Part shown: piece by piece, positions 19,943-30,731 of the stretch
Layout of the letters: every line of letters starts with the position of its first letter
How positions within the stretch are numbered: position 1 is the first letter of the stretch
DNA from: Bythopirellula sp.
GTDB lineage: Bacteria > Planctomycetota > Planctomycetia > Pirellulales > Lacipirellulaceae
Length of the DNA stretch: 64,000 bases
Assembly: GCA_965216565.1 (NCBI GenBank)
Contig: OZ244170.1
Coordinates: 4,832,001 to 4,896,000 of the forward strand
Direction of reading: 5' to 3'
The notes under the pieces: generated by a model
What the model saw: only the letters and a program-made list of their open reading frames with translations
What the model was told of the DNA's origin: nothing
Databases searched by the model: none
Made by a program: the position numbers and the translations under genes

Positions 19943-21337
19943 ATGAGTAGCCGCTGGTCTAGACGCGAATTCTTACAAGGCTCGGTTTCTGTTGCTGCCA
20001 GTTTCTGTGCTCTGCAGCAATCCATGAACCGTGGAGCACTGGCACATAGTGCGGCCCCACAGAGTTCAAAATACGGCTCCTTGGTCGCGGACCCCAAAGG
20101 TATTCTTGATCTGCCGAAGGGATTCTCTTACCGGATCATTGCCAAAGGCGGAGAGGCGATGGACGACGGTTATCAGATACCCGGGAAACCAGATGGTATG
20201 GCCACCTTCGCAGGCCCCGATGGCACAACCTTGATTGTCATGAATCACGAAATGTTGCCTATCCAGGAGCCTGGGCCTTTCGGCGACGATCACTGTCTAT
20301 TGAAGAACGAAGACAAATCGAAATTGTACGACCAGGGACCCGTCCCTCATCGGGGTGGCACGACGACCCTAGTTTACGACACCAAACAACAGAAAAAACT
20401 CCGGCACTACCTCAGCCTGGCAGGTACAACACGCAACTGCGCGGGGGGGCCAACACCCTGGAACTCTTGGATCACTTGCGAAGAGACTGTCATCACCACA
20501 GGCAACAAGGTCGACTACAACACAGGCAAGAAGTATTCCTGCCAGCAGGATCATGGTTTCAACTTCGAGGTTCCTGCTCAGGCTGAGCCCGAACTGTTCG
20601 AAGCCGTTCCATTGAAGGACATGGGCCGATTCAATCACGAAGCTGTAGCCGTCGACCCGCGGACGGGGATTGTCTATCAAACCGAAGATCGCGACAACGG
20701 GCTCATCTATCGGTTCATCCCCAATACGCCCGGCAAATTGGTCGAAGGCGGTCGGTTGCAAGCTCTGTGTGTAGCCGAGATGAAGCCGATCGACACACGC
20801 AATTGGAGTAAACAACATTTTGCTGTTGGTGAGTCGCATGGGGTCGAGTGGATGGACATGCAAGATGTCCTTTCGCCGAACGACGACTTGCGACTTCGGG
20901 GATTTAAAGCGGGGGCCGCGAAATTTGCCCGTGGTGAGGGTATGTGGTACAGCGAGGGACAAATTTTCTTCGCTTGCACCAACGGAGGGAAAAACAAGAC
21001 AGGCCAAATCTGGCGTTATGTGCCGGACGAAAAAGATAACAATTCCGGGCAGCTTGAACTTTTTATCGAACCCAACGATTCGGCACTGCTGGAAGCGGCA
21101 GATAATCTGACGATGGCCCCTTGGGGTGATTTGATCACATGCGAAGATCGCAGTGGCGAAGTCGTTCGCCTCATTGGCGTCACCATGGACGGCCAGCTTT
21201 ACACTTTTGCCGCCAACCACGTAGGGGGGGAATTTGCAGGAGTGACCTTTTCGCCGGATGGATCGACCTTGTTCGTAAACTTGCAGCACCGAAACTTGTC
21301 GGTCGCCATCACGGGTCCCTGGCTCAAGTCGGCCTAG
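19943..21337 (+). CDS. phoX: PhoX-family alkaline phosphatase (DUF839), Tat-exported
   Basis: SRREFL Tat motif, PDGM, NHE, NCAGGPTPW, TCEE, MGRFNHEA, RGEG, EFAG..FSPDG. Confidence 0.88.
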   Translation: MSSRWSRREFLQGSVSVAASFCALQQSMNRGALAHSAAPQSSKYGSLVADPKGILDLPKGFSYRIIAKGGEAMDDGYQIPGKPDGMATFAGPDGTTLIVMNHEMLPIQEPGPFGDDHCLLKNEDKSKLYDQGPVPHRGGTTTLVYDTKQQKKLRHYLSLAGTTRNCAGGPTPWNSWITCEETVITTGNKVDYNTGKKYSCQQDHGFNFEVPAQAEPELFEAVPLKDMGRFNHEAVAVDPRTGIVYQTEDRDNGLIYRFIPNTPGKLVEGGRLQALCVAEMKPIDTRNWSKQHFAVGESHGVEWMDMQDVLSPNDDLRLRGFKAGAAKFARGEGMWYSEGQIFFACTNGGKNKTGQIWRYVPDEKDNNSGQLELFIEPNDSALLEAADNLTMAPWGDLITCEDRSGEVVRLIGVTMDGQLYTFAANHVGGEFAGVTFSPDGSTLFVNLQHRNLSVAITGPWLKSA

Positions 21338-21453
21338 GCCGAATTCTCGCTGATATTTATCTGGTTCGTATTCCCGCGTACATTCTACAATGACGTGCGC
21401 GCGTATCATTCTCGCTTTCAGCATCACAGCCATCATCAGCAAGGGGAATGGGT

Positions 21454-22200
21454 ATGAGTCTCAACGAGCAACAAGAACAGATGTGCAGTGAAAGCAAATG
21501 GGATTTTTCTGATCTCAGCGCTTTGTTTCTGAATTGCACGCTTAAGAAGTCGCCAGAAACTTCACATACCCGCGGGCTAATCGATATCGCTCAAGCGATT
21601 ATGGAAAAGAACTCGGTAGCGGTCGAAGTTATACGACCCGTTGATCACAAGATTGCCTTCGGTGTTTATCCGGACATGACGGAGCAGGGCTGGGACACAG
21701 ACGAATGGCCCGCGATTTACGAAAAAGTCAAAGCGGCGGATATACTGATCATTACTTCACCGATTTGGCTGGGTGAGAAGTCCTCGGTTTGCACCCAGGT
21801 CATCGAGCGGCTCTACTCCAGTTCAGGCGATCTAAATGACCAGGGGCAGTATGCCTATTATGGTCGCGTGGGTGGCTGCTTGATTACGGGCAACGAGGAC
21901 GGGGCGAAGCATTGCTCGATGAACATCTTGTATTCGCTGCAACATTTGGGCTACGTGATTCCACCCCAGGCCGATGCGGCTTGGCTGGGCGAAGCGGGGC
22001 CTGGCCCATCGTATTTGGACCCGGGCTCCGGTGGTCCGGAAAATGAGTTCACCAATCGCAACACGACGTTCATGACTTGGAACTTGATGCACCTGGCACG
22101 CATGATCAAAGACGCCGGCGGCATCCCTGCCCACGGCAATCAACGTTCTGCGTGGGAAGCGGGTTGCCGGTTCGATTATCCTAATCCTGAGTATCGCTGA
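21454..22200 (+). CDS. Flavodoxin-like NAD(P)H-dependent oxidoreductase
   Basis: NCTLK.SP..SHT, ADILIITSPIWLG, TGNEDG. Confidence 0.85.
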   Translation: MSLNEQQEQMCSESKWDFSDLSALFLNCTLKKSPETSHTRGLIDIAQAIMEKNSVAVEVIRPVDHKIAFGVYPDMTEQGWDTDEWPAIYEKVKAADILIITSPIWLGEKSSVCTQVIERLYSSSGDLNDQGQYAYYGRVGGCLITGNEDGAKHCSMNILYSLQHLGYVIPPQADAAWLGEAGPGPSYLDPGSGGPENEFTNRNTTFMTWNLMHLARMIKDAGGIPAHGNQRSAWEAGCRFDYPNPEYR

Positions 22201-22348
22201 GCTCATTTATCGTTGCCTGTCAAACAGGACTGCCAGCGTTGCTAGCTACAGAAATCGAGCATGAAGCAACGTCGAATCTAAAGTACTAGCCAATCACTGG
22301 CCGATTCCGAAAGAGGTACCTTTCTATTTCTCACCCTTATAACCGACC

Positions 22349-22918
22349 ATGTGGCATGAATTGATGGCCGACGCGATTCCTAGAAAGCGCAACGCACGTC
22401 GTCATACCATGGACCGCGTCAGCGGTGGGTTGGTGAATGCCATTCTTGGGGCTCTCATTCTGTGGGTCGGCCAAACCACGTTTCGCCACGCCGGGCAGCT
22501 TGCTAGTGTCAATCAGCAGTTCGACGGAGTGGGGCATCAGATCGAGGCGGTCGACAAACGCCATGAATCGTTACGATTGCAGGTAGAGGGAATCGTTGGC
22601 CATGTCTCCGAAAAGACTCGCTCTCGATTCACTCGCGAAGATGGCGACAAAATCGAGAACGAAGTCAAGGAAATCGGTACGTCACTCACTATCTTCGAGC
22701 GTCAAATGCTCGAACGGCTTACCAGCGTGCAATTGAAGATTATTGCGTTGGAAACTCGCGACACGAGTTCCCAGGAAGTAGCCATGTTGCGGTCGGAGGT
22801 CGATCGCCTGCGTGCCTATTTGGCCAGTCGGCAAGAGGTCGATACGCGATACGCTCAGCCATTGAACTCAAGTGCGTCGGCAATTCCTGTGCATTTGCCG
22901 CCGACGACTTATAAGTGA
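22349..22918 (+). CDS. Hypothetical protein, one TM helix plus coiled coil
   Basis: Hydrophobic LVNAILGALILWVG followed by a heptad-rich region. Confidence 0.6.
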   Translation: MWHELMADAIPRKRNARRHTMDRVSGGLVNAILGALILWVGQTTFRHAGQLASVNQQFDGVGHQIEAVDKRHESLRLQVEGIVGHVSEKTRSRFTREDGDKIENEVKEIGTSLTIFERQMLERLTSVQLKIIALETRDTSSQEVAMLRSEVDRLRAYLASRQEVDTRYAQPLNSSASAIPVHLPPTTYK

Positions 22919-22927
22919 GATTCTTGG

Positions 22928-23518
22928 CTATCCCTCTCTGGTCATCTTTATGAGAGTTTTTGCTAGGTTCTCGCCTAGTGCTTCGACCTGCTCTCGCGTT
23001 TTCTCATCTTTCAATTGACCTTCATCATCAAACGCTTCGTGTGCTTTCGAGAGTGCGTGTTGTTGGGGAAGCACCATCACGCCGATGTTCTGAAGAATCG
23101 CCCGCAGGTGCACCAGCCCGCGAAGTCCGCCCAAACCGCCAGGGGACGCAGCCATGAGCGCGGCGAGCTTGTTTTGATAGGCGGCCAATCTGCCTTCGCC
23201 CTCGGCGGGGCGCGAGACCCAGTCGATCGTATTCTTCAACAGCGGTGTGATCGAACTGTTGTACTCTGGCGAGGCGATAAGCAAGCCGTCGTGATCGAGG
23301 AATACCTGCTTCAACTCCAACACTTTCTCTGGCAGGCCTTCGTCTTCTTCCAGATCGCCATTGTAGAGCGGTAGGGGATAGTCGGCTAAATCAAGCAGAG
23401 TTACCTCGGCACCCGCACGCTCTGCGGCCGACGCTGCAACATGGATCATTTTTTTGTTCACCGAGTCTCTGCGAGTACTTCCCGAGAAGGCGAGAATACG
23501 TGGTTTTCCGTCAGACAT
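22928..23518 (-). CDS. NADPH-dependent FMN reductase (ChrR/SsuE-like)
   Basis: FSGSTRRDSVN, SPEYNSSI..LLKNTIDW.SR, SPGGLGG. Confidence 0.92.
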   Translation of the reverse strand: MSDGKPRILAFSGSTRRDSVNKKMIHVAASAAERAGAEVTLLDLADYPLPLYNGDLEEDEGLPEKVLELKQVFLDHDGLLIASPEYNSSITPLLKNTIDWVSRPAEGEGRLAAYQNKLAALMAASPGGLGGLRGLVHLRAILQNIGVMVLPQQHALSKAHEAFDDEGQLKDEKTREQVEALGENLAKTLIKMTREG

Positions 23519-23541
23519 AACTGATTTACCTCAATTGACCT

Positions 23542-25065
23542 TTAACGATTGTTTACCGTGAGCCCTGGCCATTCGTCAGTACGGAATGGTGTGAGCGGCA
23601 GGCCCACTTGGTCGTACATATTGCAACGCGGGTTGTCGGCCCAAGCGTAACGTATAGCCACAGGCTCGGAAACCTTGTCGCTTGAGACGGCGATGCGGTT
23701 GTCCTCTAGGATCTCGGCATCAGCCCAAACGAACTTTTTGTCTTCGCCAGCAATGGCAAAGCCGATTGGCTTCTGAACGTCAAATGGCCGCCAGCCTTGG
23801 TGCACGTGCTTGAAACTGAGTATGGCCTTGCCCTCTTCGACTGACATCGATTCAAACCGGGGACTCTGATACGCAATATCGACCCCGTATTCATTAGCCA
23901 AGGCCCAGCGTGCGAGCCGTTGGCCAACGATCAATTTGTTCCGCGGATGGATGTCTTTGCCTTCGCCAACGTCGATAATCACCGCCTCGCCCGTATTGGG
24001 CAGGCGATCCATCGTCATAGTTTGCGCTTCGCGCAGTTCGGCCCAACCGCTTTCGCTGGGCTGGGGCTTCTCTTGTCCAAAGTCAGCCAACTGCACCCAA
24101 TAAAAAGGAAATTTGCCTTGCTGCCATTTATCACGCCAATTCTGTATCAACATCGGGAACAAGTCGCGATACTGATAAGCTCGTCCGGCATTGGTTTCGC
24201 CCTGATACCAAATGGCTCCTTTAATTCCATAGCCCAGGTGCGAGAGGAGTACTCCATTGTAAATATTGGCAGGCCGATGCTGTCCCTTCATCAGCTTCGT
24301 GAGCTCCTTTAGCTCGCCGCGCTCTTGGTCGCTGAGGTCTGTCTTTTCTGATAATTCGGCGAATCGACTTTCCTTGGTCTTCCAACCCGCCAGCGTTTTT
24401 TCGTACCTCGAATCATTCGCGAGCAATTCGCGGTCGATCCAAGCATCGGCTGCCGAACCGCCCCAGGCGTTGTTCACTAGCCCAATTGGTACATCTAGAG
24501 TCTGGTGGAGTTGACGCCCAAAAAAGTAGCCCACGGCAGAGAACCATTCGACCGAGTTTGGGGAACAAGGCATCCAGTTGGCCTTATCGTGAGTCCAGAT
24601 TGGCTGCTGGCTTCCGACGTTGGGGAAATTGATCATGCGGATCTGAGGATAGTTGGCTGCCGCGATCACGAGGTCGGCATCGTTGACGTTGCTTACGGAC
24701 CATTGCATGTTCGATTGGCCGGAGCATATCCAGACCTCCCCGACAAGCACGTCTTGAATACTTATCTCGTTACTGTCTGATTGAATAAGAATTTCGTGAG
24801 GGCCACCGGCTGGCAAAGCGGCGAGCATCACGTGCCAGTTACCTGCGTCATCGGCAGTCGCTTTCTGAGACTGGTCTTGGATCTTTACAGTGACTTTTTC
24901 ACCTGGTTCTGCCCGACCCCAGACTTTGTTTTCCTGGTCTCGTTGCAAGACCATGTGGTCGCTGAAGATATTGGGAACCGAAACCGCTGCCTGGGAGTCC
25001 AAACCTAGGCAAAAAAAGAGCATTCCTCCGGAAATTGTCGCGATGAGCAGGTCTCTAAACTTCAT
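23542..25065 (-). CDS. Sialate O-acetylesterase-like SGNH hydrolase, secreted
   Basis: FSDHMVLQR, GEVWICSGQSNM, WYQGETN, DIHP.NK, RYAWADNP, PFRTD; signal peptide. Confidence 0.92.
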   Translation of the reverse strand: MKFRDLLIATISGGMLFFCLGLDSQAAVSVPNIFSDHMVLQRDQENKVWGRAEPGEKVTVKIQDQSQKATADDAGNWHVMLAALPAGGPHEILIQSDSNEISIQDVLVGEVWICSGQSNMQWSVSNVNDADLVIAAANYPQIRMINFPNVGSQQPIWTHDKANWMPCSPNSVEWFSAVGYFFGRQLHQTLDVPIGLVNNAWGGSAADAWIDRELLANDSRYEKTLAGWKTKESRFAELSEKTDLSDQERGELKELTKLMKGQHRPANIYNGVLLSHLGYGIKGAIWYQGETNAGRAYQYRDLFPMLIQNWRDKWQQGKFPFYWVQLADFGQEKPQPSESGWAELREAQTMTMDRLPNTGEAVIIDVGEGKDIHPRNKLIVGQRLARWALANEYGVDIAYQSPRFESMSVEEGKAILSFKHVHQGWRPFDVQKPIGFAIAGEDKKFVWADAEILEDNRIAVSSDKVSEPVAIRYAWADNPRCNMYDQVGLPLTPFRTDEWPGLTVNNR

Positions 25066-25286
25066 CTATTTACTCCTGTATCCCTTAGAGGCTGATGGCA
25101 ATTATCATTCGTGAGGTACGAGGTTGCGGCCTATCCTACCAATCGCGGCCTAAGACTCCCAGATGCGGTAGAAACAGTTACGGGAGAAAAATCGAAACTT
25201 GGCCCTACGCTAAGGGTTAGAATCATAGGATAAGACATTCCGATCGGACTTCGGTTGATGGGTTTAGAAACTGGATAATTGACTTC

Positions 25287-26906
25287 ATGCGATTTGCAAT
25301 ACTGATACTAACGGCATTCATGACTTCAGCAGTTGGTGCCTACGCGCAGACGAGTTCCAGCTATGTCTCCCAACCGCAGGAAGTAGCTCAGCGGCTAGAT
25401 GCCTCGCTAGCGGGTGAAGTCTTTGAAGAAGAGACCCAACTCGCACCAATCAGCAGCGATGAGGAATTCCTGCGTCGCATCTGGTTAGACATCGCTGGCG
25501 ATATCCCTGCGCCCGAGGAAGCGATCTCCTTTTTGCTCGATCCTTCCCCCAATAAACGCCACGACTTGATCACGAAACTATTGGCGAGCCGTGCCTACGG
25601 TCAGAATTGGGCGCGTTACTGGAAGGACGTCGTTTTCTATCGTGCAGTCGATGATCGTGCACGCATTGCCTCGCTAGCGATGGAAGCCGAACTCACGCGG
25701 CGATTCAACGACAACGAGCCCTGGGATAAGATCGCGTCCCGATTTATCAATACTCGGGGGGACGTTCTGGAAAATGGGACTACCGCGATTGTCATGGCCC
25801 AGGATGCCAGGACTGAAGAGACGGCGGCCGAGGTATCGCGGATTTTCTTAGGAATCCAAATCCAATGCGCTCAGTGCCACGATCATCCGTACGATCGGTG
25901 GCAGCGGGAACAGTTTCACGAGCTGGCGGCCTTCTTTCCGCGAGTTGGTGTGAGGCAAGTTCGCGAAGTCACCCGTCGCAGTTTTCTGGTCTACGCCAAC
26001 GACAAGCCAAGCCGCAAACGTCCGAAAGACAACAATAACCGACCTCAGTCGGAACATTTTATGCCCGATCTGGAGGATCCCTCCGCAAAAGGCAAGAAGA
26101 TGCAACCACGCTTCTTTCTTACCGGAGCCAAAGTACCGCTGGGTACGCGCGATTCACGGCGGCGTGGTCAACTCGCCACGTGGCTGACATCGAATGAGTG
26201 GTTCAGCATTGCCTTGGTGAATCGGATGTGGGCAGAGTTAGTGGGAGAAGGGTTCTACGAATCGGTCGACGACATTGGCCCCGATCGCATTGCTTCGGCC
26301 CCGGGGACGATTGGCATTTTATCGAATGAGTTTCGCCGCAACGGGCACAATTTGAAGTGGCTGATAGAAACCATTTGCCTTACCGATGCTTATCAACGCC
26401 AAGCCAGGCCCCGGCGTGGCCCAACAGACACGCCTTTCACGGCGAATGTCCCTCAACGTCTGCGGAGCGATCAGCTGCTCAACTCGATTTATACCGCTTT
26501 GGAAGAGACTGAAAACGATGCTGAGGGTACCTCTTCCGCATATGGTCAAAACCGCCTATTCCGCACGCGCCGCGAGTTTGCAGACGTATTTGGTTACGAT
26601 CCAAGCATCTCGCGGGAAGAAGTCGGTACCTCAATTCCACAAATCTTGGCTCTGATGAATTCCTCGCGATTGGAAAGATTAGTTGGCTCAGGAAAATCGA
26701 GTTCATTGAAGAAGTTACTTGGCTCTATTCCAGACGACGAGCAGTTGACAGTGGACATCTACCTCCGGTGGCTAAGTCGGCAACCTAGTAACGAGGAACT
26801 ACAGAGTGTACTTGCCTATCGTAAAAAGGTTGACAAGCGCGAAGCCGCGTTCGTCGATTTGCAGTGGGCAATTTTGAATTCCGCGGAATTCCAACATCGG
26901 CCTTAA
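25287..26906 (+). CDS. DUF1549/DUF1553 planctomycete protein
   Basis: DEEFLRRIWLD, FLGIQIQCAQCHDHP (CxxCH), VNRMWAEL.G.G, WAILNSAEF. Confidence 0.9.
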   Translation: MRFAILILTAFMTSAVGAYAQTSSSYVSQPQEVAQRLDASLAGEVFEEETQLAPISSDEEFLRRIWLDIAGDIPAPEEAISFLLDPSPNKRHDLITKLLASRAYGQNWARYWKDVVFYRAVDDRARIASLAMEAELTRRFNDNEPWDKIASRFINTRGDVLENGTTAIVMAQDARTEETAAEVSRIFLGIQIQCAQCHDHPYDRWQREQFHELAAFFPRVGVRQVREVTRRSFLVYANDKPSRKRPKDNNNRPQSEHFMPDLEDPSAKGKKMQPRFFLTGAKVPLGTRDSRRRGQLATWLTSNEWFSIALVNRMWAELVGEGFYESVDDIGPDRIASAPGTIGILSNEFRRNGHNLKWLIETICLTDAYQRQARPRRGPTDTPFTANVPQRLRSDQLLNSIYTALEETENDAEGTSSAYGQNRLFRTRREFADVFGYDPSISREEVGTSIPQILALMNSSRLERLVGSGKSSSLKKLLGSIPDDEQLTVDIYLRWLSRQPSNEELQSVLAYRKKVDKREAAFVDLQWAILNSAEFQHRP

Positions 26907-26964
26907 AAACAACTGTTCGCATAGAAGAAAATTCTACGGCAATTCGCACCTGCGAGAAGTAGCT

Positions 26965-28266
26965 ATGACAGAGAAACTACGACATCACACCTCACTATCA
27001 CTGCAGCGTGGCCAGTTGGTAGGCAGACGCGACTTTCTTCGCAGCGTCTCTGCGGCAGGATTGGCCGCGGGGTGTTTGAACTGGACCGATGTAATCAGCG
27101 CTTCGGCCGACGAGCTGCGAGATCGCGGCATGGCTTGCATTTTACTTTGGATGCAGGGCGGACCGTCGCAGTTTGAAACGTTCAGCCCCCTGCCCGACCA
27201 CGCCAATGGTGGAGAGACAAAAGCGATTTCTACGAGCGTGCCTGGCATACAAATTGCCGAACATCTGCCGCATTGTGCCAAGGTAGCGGACGAGATGGCA
27301 ATCATCCGTTCGATGACAAGTAAGGAAGGCAACCATCAACGCGCCACCTACTTTTTGCATCACGGATATTTGCCGATGGGAGGCGTCCAGTTCCCTACGC
27401 TTGGTGCGAATGTAGCACAACAAATTGGTGATGCGACTGCTGAGTTGCCCAGTTACGTGCGGATTGGAGGACGCTTGGCCAACGCGGGTGGTGGTGGGTT
27501 CCTGGGTGTGGAATTCGATCCACTGGAGTTGCGAAACGCGAATCGTCCTCCAGAAAACTCCCAACTCCGCACAGGCCGCAGTCGCTACGATCGCCGGCTA
27601 AAGCTACTCGGCAAACTCGACAAAGGCTATTCAAAAAGGGCCGGGGCCCAAGTGGTCGAGGACCAACAACAGCTCATGAAGCAGGCTTCGAATATGATTC
27701 TGAGCCCTCAGATGGATACATTTGATTTGAAAAAGGAATCACCAGCCGCTAAGGCTGCTTACGGCAAAGGCAATTTCGCGTCAGGATGTTTGCTGGCCCG
27801 GCGACTGGTCGAGCAAGGCGTTACTTTTGTCGAAGTCGTGTCGAACGGTTGGGATACGCATCAAGATAATTTCGAGCGCACCGCCAACTTGGGCGGACAG
27901 GTCGATCAACCTACAGCGGCACTGATCGAGGATCTCAAGCAGCGAGGGATGCTCGACAAGACGCTTGTGGTGTGGATGGGCGAGTTTGGCCGCACGCCTA
28001 GAATCAATCCTCGCGCCGGTCGCGATCATTTCCCGAGAGCTTTTAATGCAATGCTGGCGGGCGGCGGTGTACGGGGTGGACAGGTAATCGGCCAGACAGA
28101 TCCTACCGGCACCAAGGTCGTCGAGCGTCCGGTGACTGTCCACGACTTGTTCCGCACCATTTACCATACTCTGGGAATTGATGCCGACGTGGAAAACTAT
28201 AGCCGGATCGGTCGACCTATCAAATTGGTTGATGGCGGCGAAGTTGTGCACGAGATACTAGGATAA
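26965..28266 (+). CDS. DUF1501 protein
   Basis: RRDFL, LWMQGGPSQFETF, CLLARRLVEQGV, WDTH, GEFGRTP, GRDH. Confidence 0.92.
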   Translation: MTEKLRHHTSLSLQRGQLVGRRDFLRSVSAAGLAAGCLNWTDVISASADELRDRGMACILLWMQGGPSQFETFSPLPDHANGGETKAISTSVPGIQIAEHLPHCAKVADEMAIIRSMTSKEGNHQRATYFLHHGYLPMGGVQFPTLGANVAQQIGDATAELPSYVRIGGRLANAGGGGFLGVEFDPLELRNANRPPENSQLRTGRSRYDRRLKLLGKLDKGYSKRAGAQVVEDQQQLMKQASNMILSPQMDTFDLKKESPAAKAAYGKGNFASGCLLARRLVEQGVTFVEVVSNGWDTHQDNFERTANLGGQVDQPTAALIEDLKQRGMLDKTLVVWMGEFGRTPRINPRAGRDHFPRAFNAMLAGGGVRGGQVIGQTDPTGTKVVERPVTVHDLFRTIYHTLGIDADVENYSRIGRPIKLVDGGEVVHEILG

Positions 28267-28316
28267 ATCAGGCACACCGCTTGAGTTTGTCTGCCTCGAG
28301 TCGGAAGGAGTTCGCT

Positions 28317-28970
28317 ATGGATCGTGACCTCGCGCGACGTCAGTTTCTTAGAAGCGCAGCCCTTTGTGCAACATCGTGGACTGTGCCCGGTGCGTTTGCT
28401 GAGGAGTTGGCACGAACCGTCCAGCAAACGGAAGGTCCTTTCTACCCGGATCACTTGCCGCTAGACACCGATAACGATCTGCTCGTGATTAACGATAAGA
28501 TCACACCGGCGGTGGGAGAGATTACGCATCTATCCGGGCGGGTACTTAGTCTAAGCGGCGAACCGCTGCGCAATGCAGTGGTGGAGATTTGGCAGGTGGA
28601 TAACCAAGGTTCTTATTTGCATAGCGAGAGCGCACGTCGCGGCAACTACGACACAAACTTCCAAGGATTTGGGCGATTCCTGACCAACGCCAAAGGCGAG
28701 TATTATTTCCGTACGATCAAACCGGTGGCCTATGGCGGACGGACGCCACACATACATTTTGCTGTGAATCGAGGCAGCAAGCGAATTCTCACGACCCAGT
28801 GTTACGTGAAGGGCGAAAAGCAAAACGCGCGAGATGGTATCCTGAATCGTATTCGCGACAAACGGTTGCGTGATACAGTGATTGTCGAGTTTGCGCCAGT
28901 TCCTAAATCGCGAAACAAGGAACTATCCGCAACCTTCAATCTAGTCGTGGGCCGTACACCAGCGGCTTAG
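28317..28970 (+). CDS. Intradiol ring-cleavage dioxygenase-like protein, Tat signal
   Basis: RRQFL, EGPFYP, VEIWQVD..G.Y, FRTIKP..Y.GRTPHIH. Confidence 0.88.
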   Translation: MDRDLARRQFLRSAALCATSWTVPGAFAEELARTVQQTEGPFYPDHLPLDTDNDLLVINDKITPAVGEITHLSGRVLSLSGEPLRNAVVEIWQVDNQGSYLHSESARRGNYDTNFQGFGRFLTNAKGEYYFRTIKPVAYGGRTPHIHFAVNRGSKRILTTQCYVKGEKQNARDGILNRIRDKRLRDTVIVEFAPVPKSRNKELSATFNLVVGRTPAA

Positions 28971-29146
28971 ACTTCGGATGAGATCGATTAAGTTTCTATC
29001 GCCCCAGCTCAAGCGATGCGGTCTTCACAGGTAATTGCCAGTCGAAGAGCCTGTTACTAGAATAAGCCGTCACACTTTGAATTCATGAGGACCGTCTTTC
29101 AGCGACGCGCCTATTCATTTGTCACTCTCTGACGAAGGCTCTCAAA

Positions 29147-30715
29147 ATGACTCGCAGTCTCCAAACCGCAACTCTTCTGCAAGCGGTTGCATTAATCTGG
29201 TTGGCACCAAATTCTTCACTCGCCAGCAGAGGCCAACCGAACATTTTGTTTATTTTCACTGACGACCATGCCTATCAAGCCGTGGGCGCATACGACTCGA
29301 AACTCAACGAAACTCCTAATATCGATCGTATTGCAAAAAACGGGGTGCGGTTCGATCGATGTTATGTCACTAACTCGATCTGCGGTCCGAGCCGGGCTTG
29401 TATTCTGACGGGAAAATATAGTCACAAGAATGGCTTTTACGAAAACAGCCAAACGTTTGATAACACGCAACTCACTTTTCCCCCACTCATGCAACAGGCC
29501 GGATATCAAACGGCCCTCATTGGAAAGTGGCATCTGGGACGAACAAGCGACCCGCCCGGTTTTGACCATTGGAACATCTTAATGAGCCAAGGCTACTACT
29601 ATCAGCCGAAGTTTCGTTCCCCTTTAGGACAGGTACAGTACTTGGGTTACGCCACAGAACTAATCACGCAGCTTACGCTCGATTGGCTGGAAAAGGGACG
29701 CGACCAGTCGAAACCCTTCATGTTGATGATGCAACACAAAGCACCTCATCGACCCTGGGACCCGGCGCCGGATCGACTTAACGACTACGTCAACAAGAAG
29801 TTCCCCGAGCCCGACACCTTATTTGACGATTACTCCAATCGATCGAAGGCTGCCAAGTTGGCAACCATGCGGATCTCAAATGACATGAATACTACCGGTC
29901 CCGACCTGAAGGCCTGGGACAAATCCGTTGGCGACCAGCCCATCGATAACGGTGCCCGCAATTGGTTCTACAGGAAGATGACTCAGGGACAGCTTAAGGC
30001 TTGGAAGGCTGCCTATTTGGACAAGAATGCGGAATATTACCAGGGCGACCTCGAAGGCAAGGAGCTAGTGCGTTGGAAGTACCAACGCTACCTTCAAGAC
30101 TATCTGAGCTGCGTTGCTTCGGTCGACGACAGCGTGGGGCAGGTCCTCGATTATTTGCAAGAAGCTGGCTTGGCTGAAAATACTATCGTGATCTACAGTT
30201 CCGACCAGGGGTTCTATCTGGGCGAACACGGCTGGTTTGACAAGCGGTTTATGTATGAAGAATCGCTCCGTACTCCGCTCTTAGTCAGTTGGCCGGGAGT
30301 CACGACGGAGAGCACCGTCGACGAGCATATCGTCTCGAATCTCGATTTCGCAGAAACATTCCTGGAAATGGCAGGAGTCGATGTCCCGACTGAGATGCAG
30401 GGACAAAGCCTTGTACCTTTACTGCAAGGCAAGGAGCCCGCGGATTGGCGGGACTCGTTCTATTACCATTACTACGAAGGCTACGACCGGGGCCATAGTG
30501 TTTGCGAACACTATGGAGTCACCAATGGTAGACATAAGCTGATCCACTACTACAAAATCGATGAGTGGGAGTTGTTCGATCTAGAACGCGATCCGCAGGA
30601 AATGACCAGTGTGTACGGGCAGTCGGAGTATGCGGACATTCAGAGCACGATGGAAACGGAATTGAGTCGCTTGCGCGAAGAGCTAGAAGTGACGAGCAAC
30701 GATCCCGTGGAGTGA
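29147..30715 (+). CDS. Formylglycine-dependent sulfatase (S1)
   Basis: PNILFIFTDD, CGPSRA (CxPxR), GKWHL, SDQGFYLGEHGWFDKRFMYEES. Confidence 0.95.
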   Translation: MTRSLQTATLLQAVALIWLAPNSSLASRGQPNILFIFTDDHAYQAVGAYDSKLNETPNIDRIAKNGVRFDRCYVTNSICGPSRACILTGKYSHKNGFYENSQTFDNTQLTFPPLMQQAGYQTALIGKWHLGRTSDPPGFDHWNILMSQGYYYQPKFRSPLGQVQYLGYATELITQLTLDWLEKGRDQSKPFMLMMQHKAPHRPWDPAPDRLNDYVNKKFPEPDTLFDDYSNRSKAAKLATMRISNDMNTTGPDLKAWDKSVGDQPIDNGARNWFYRKMTQGQLKAWKAAYLDKNAEYYQGDLEGKELVRWKYQRYLQDYLSCVASVDDSVGQVLDYLQEAGLAENTIVIYSSDQGFYLGEHGWFDKRFMYEESLRTPLLVSWPGVTTESTVDEHIVSNLDFAETFLEMAGVDVPTEMQGQSLVPLLQGKEPADWRDSFYYHYYEGYDRGHSVCEHYGVTNGRHKLIHYYKIDEWELFDLERDPQEMTSVYGQSEYADIQSTMETELSRLREELEVTSNDPVE

Positions 30716-30731
30716 TTGTGCAGGCTTTTTC

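Noticed and set aside
19446..19946. Short ORFs and a possible Pho box before phoX
   Set aside because: ORFs have no recognisable features; the GTTAC/GTTAT repeats are 14 nt apart, not 11.
20369..21442. 357-aa antisense ORF (also 3489-4460 and similar)
   Set aside because: Shadow frames opposite well-supported genes.
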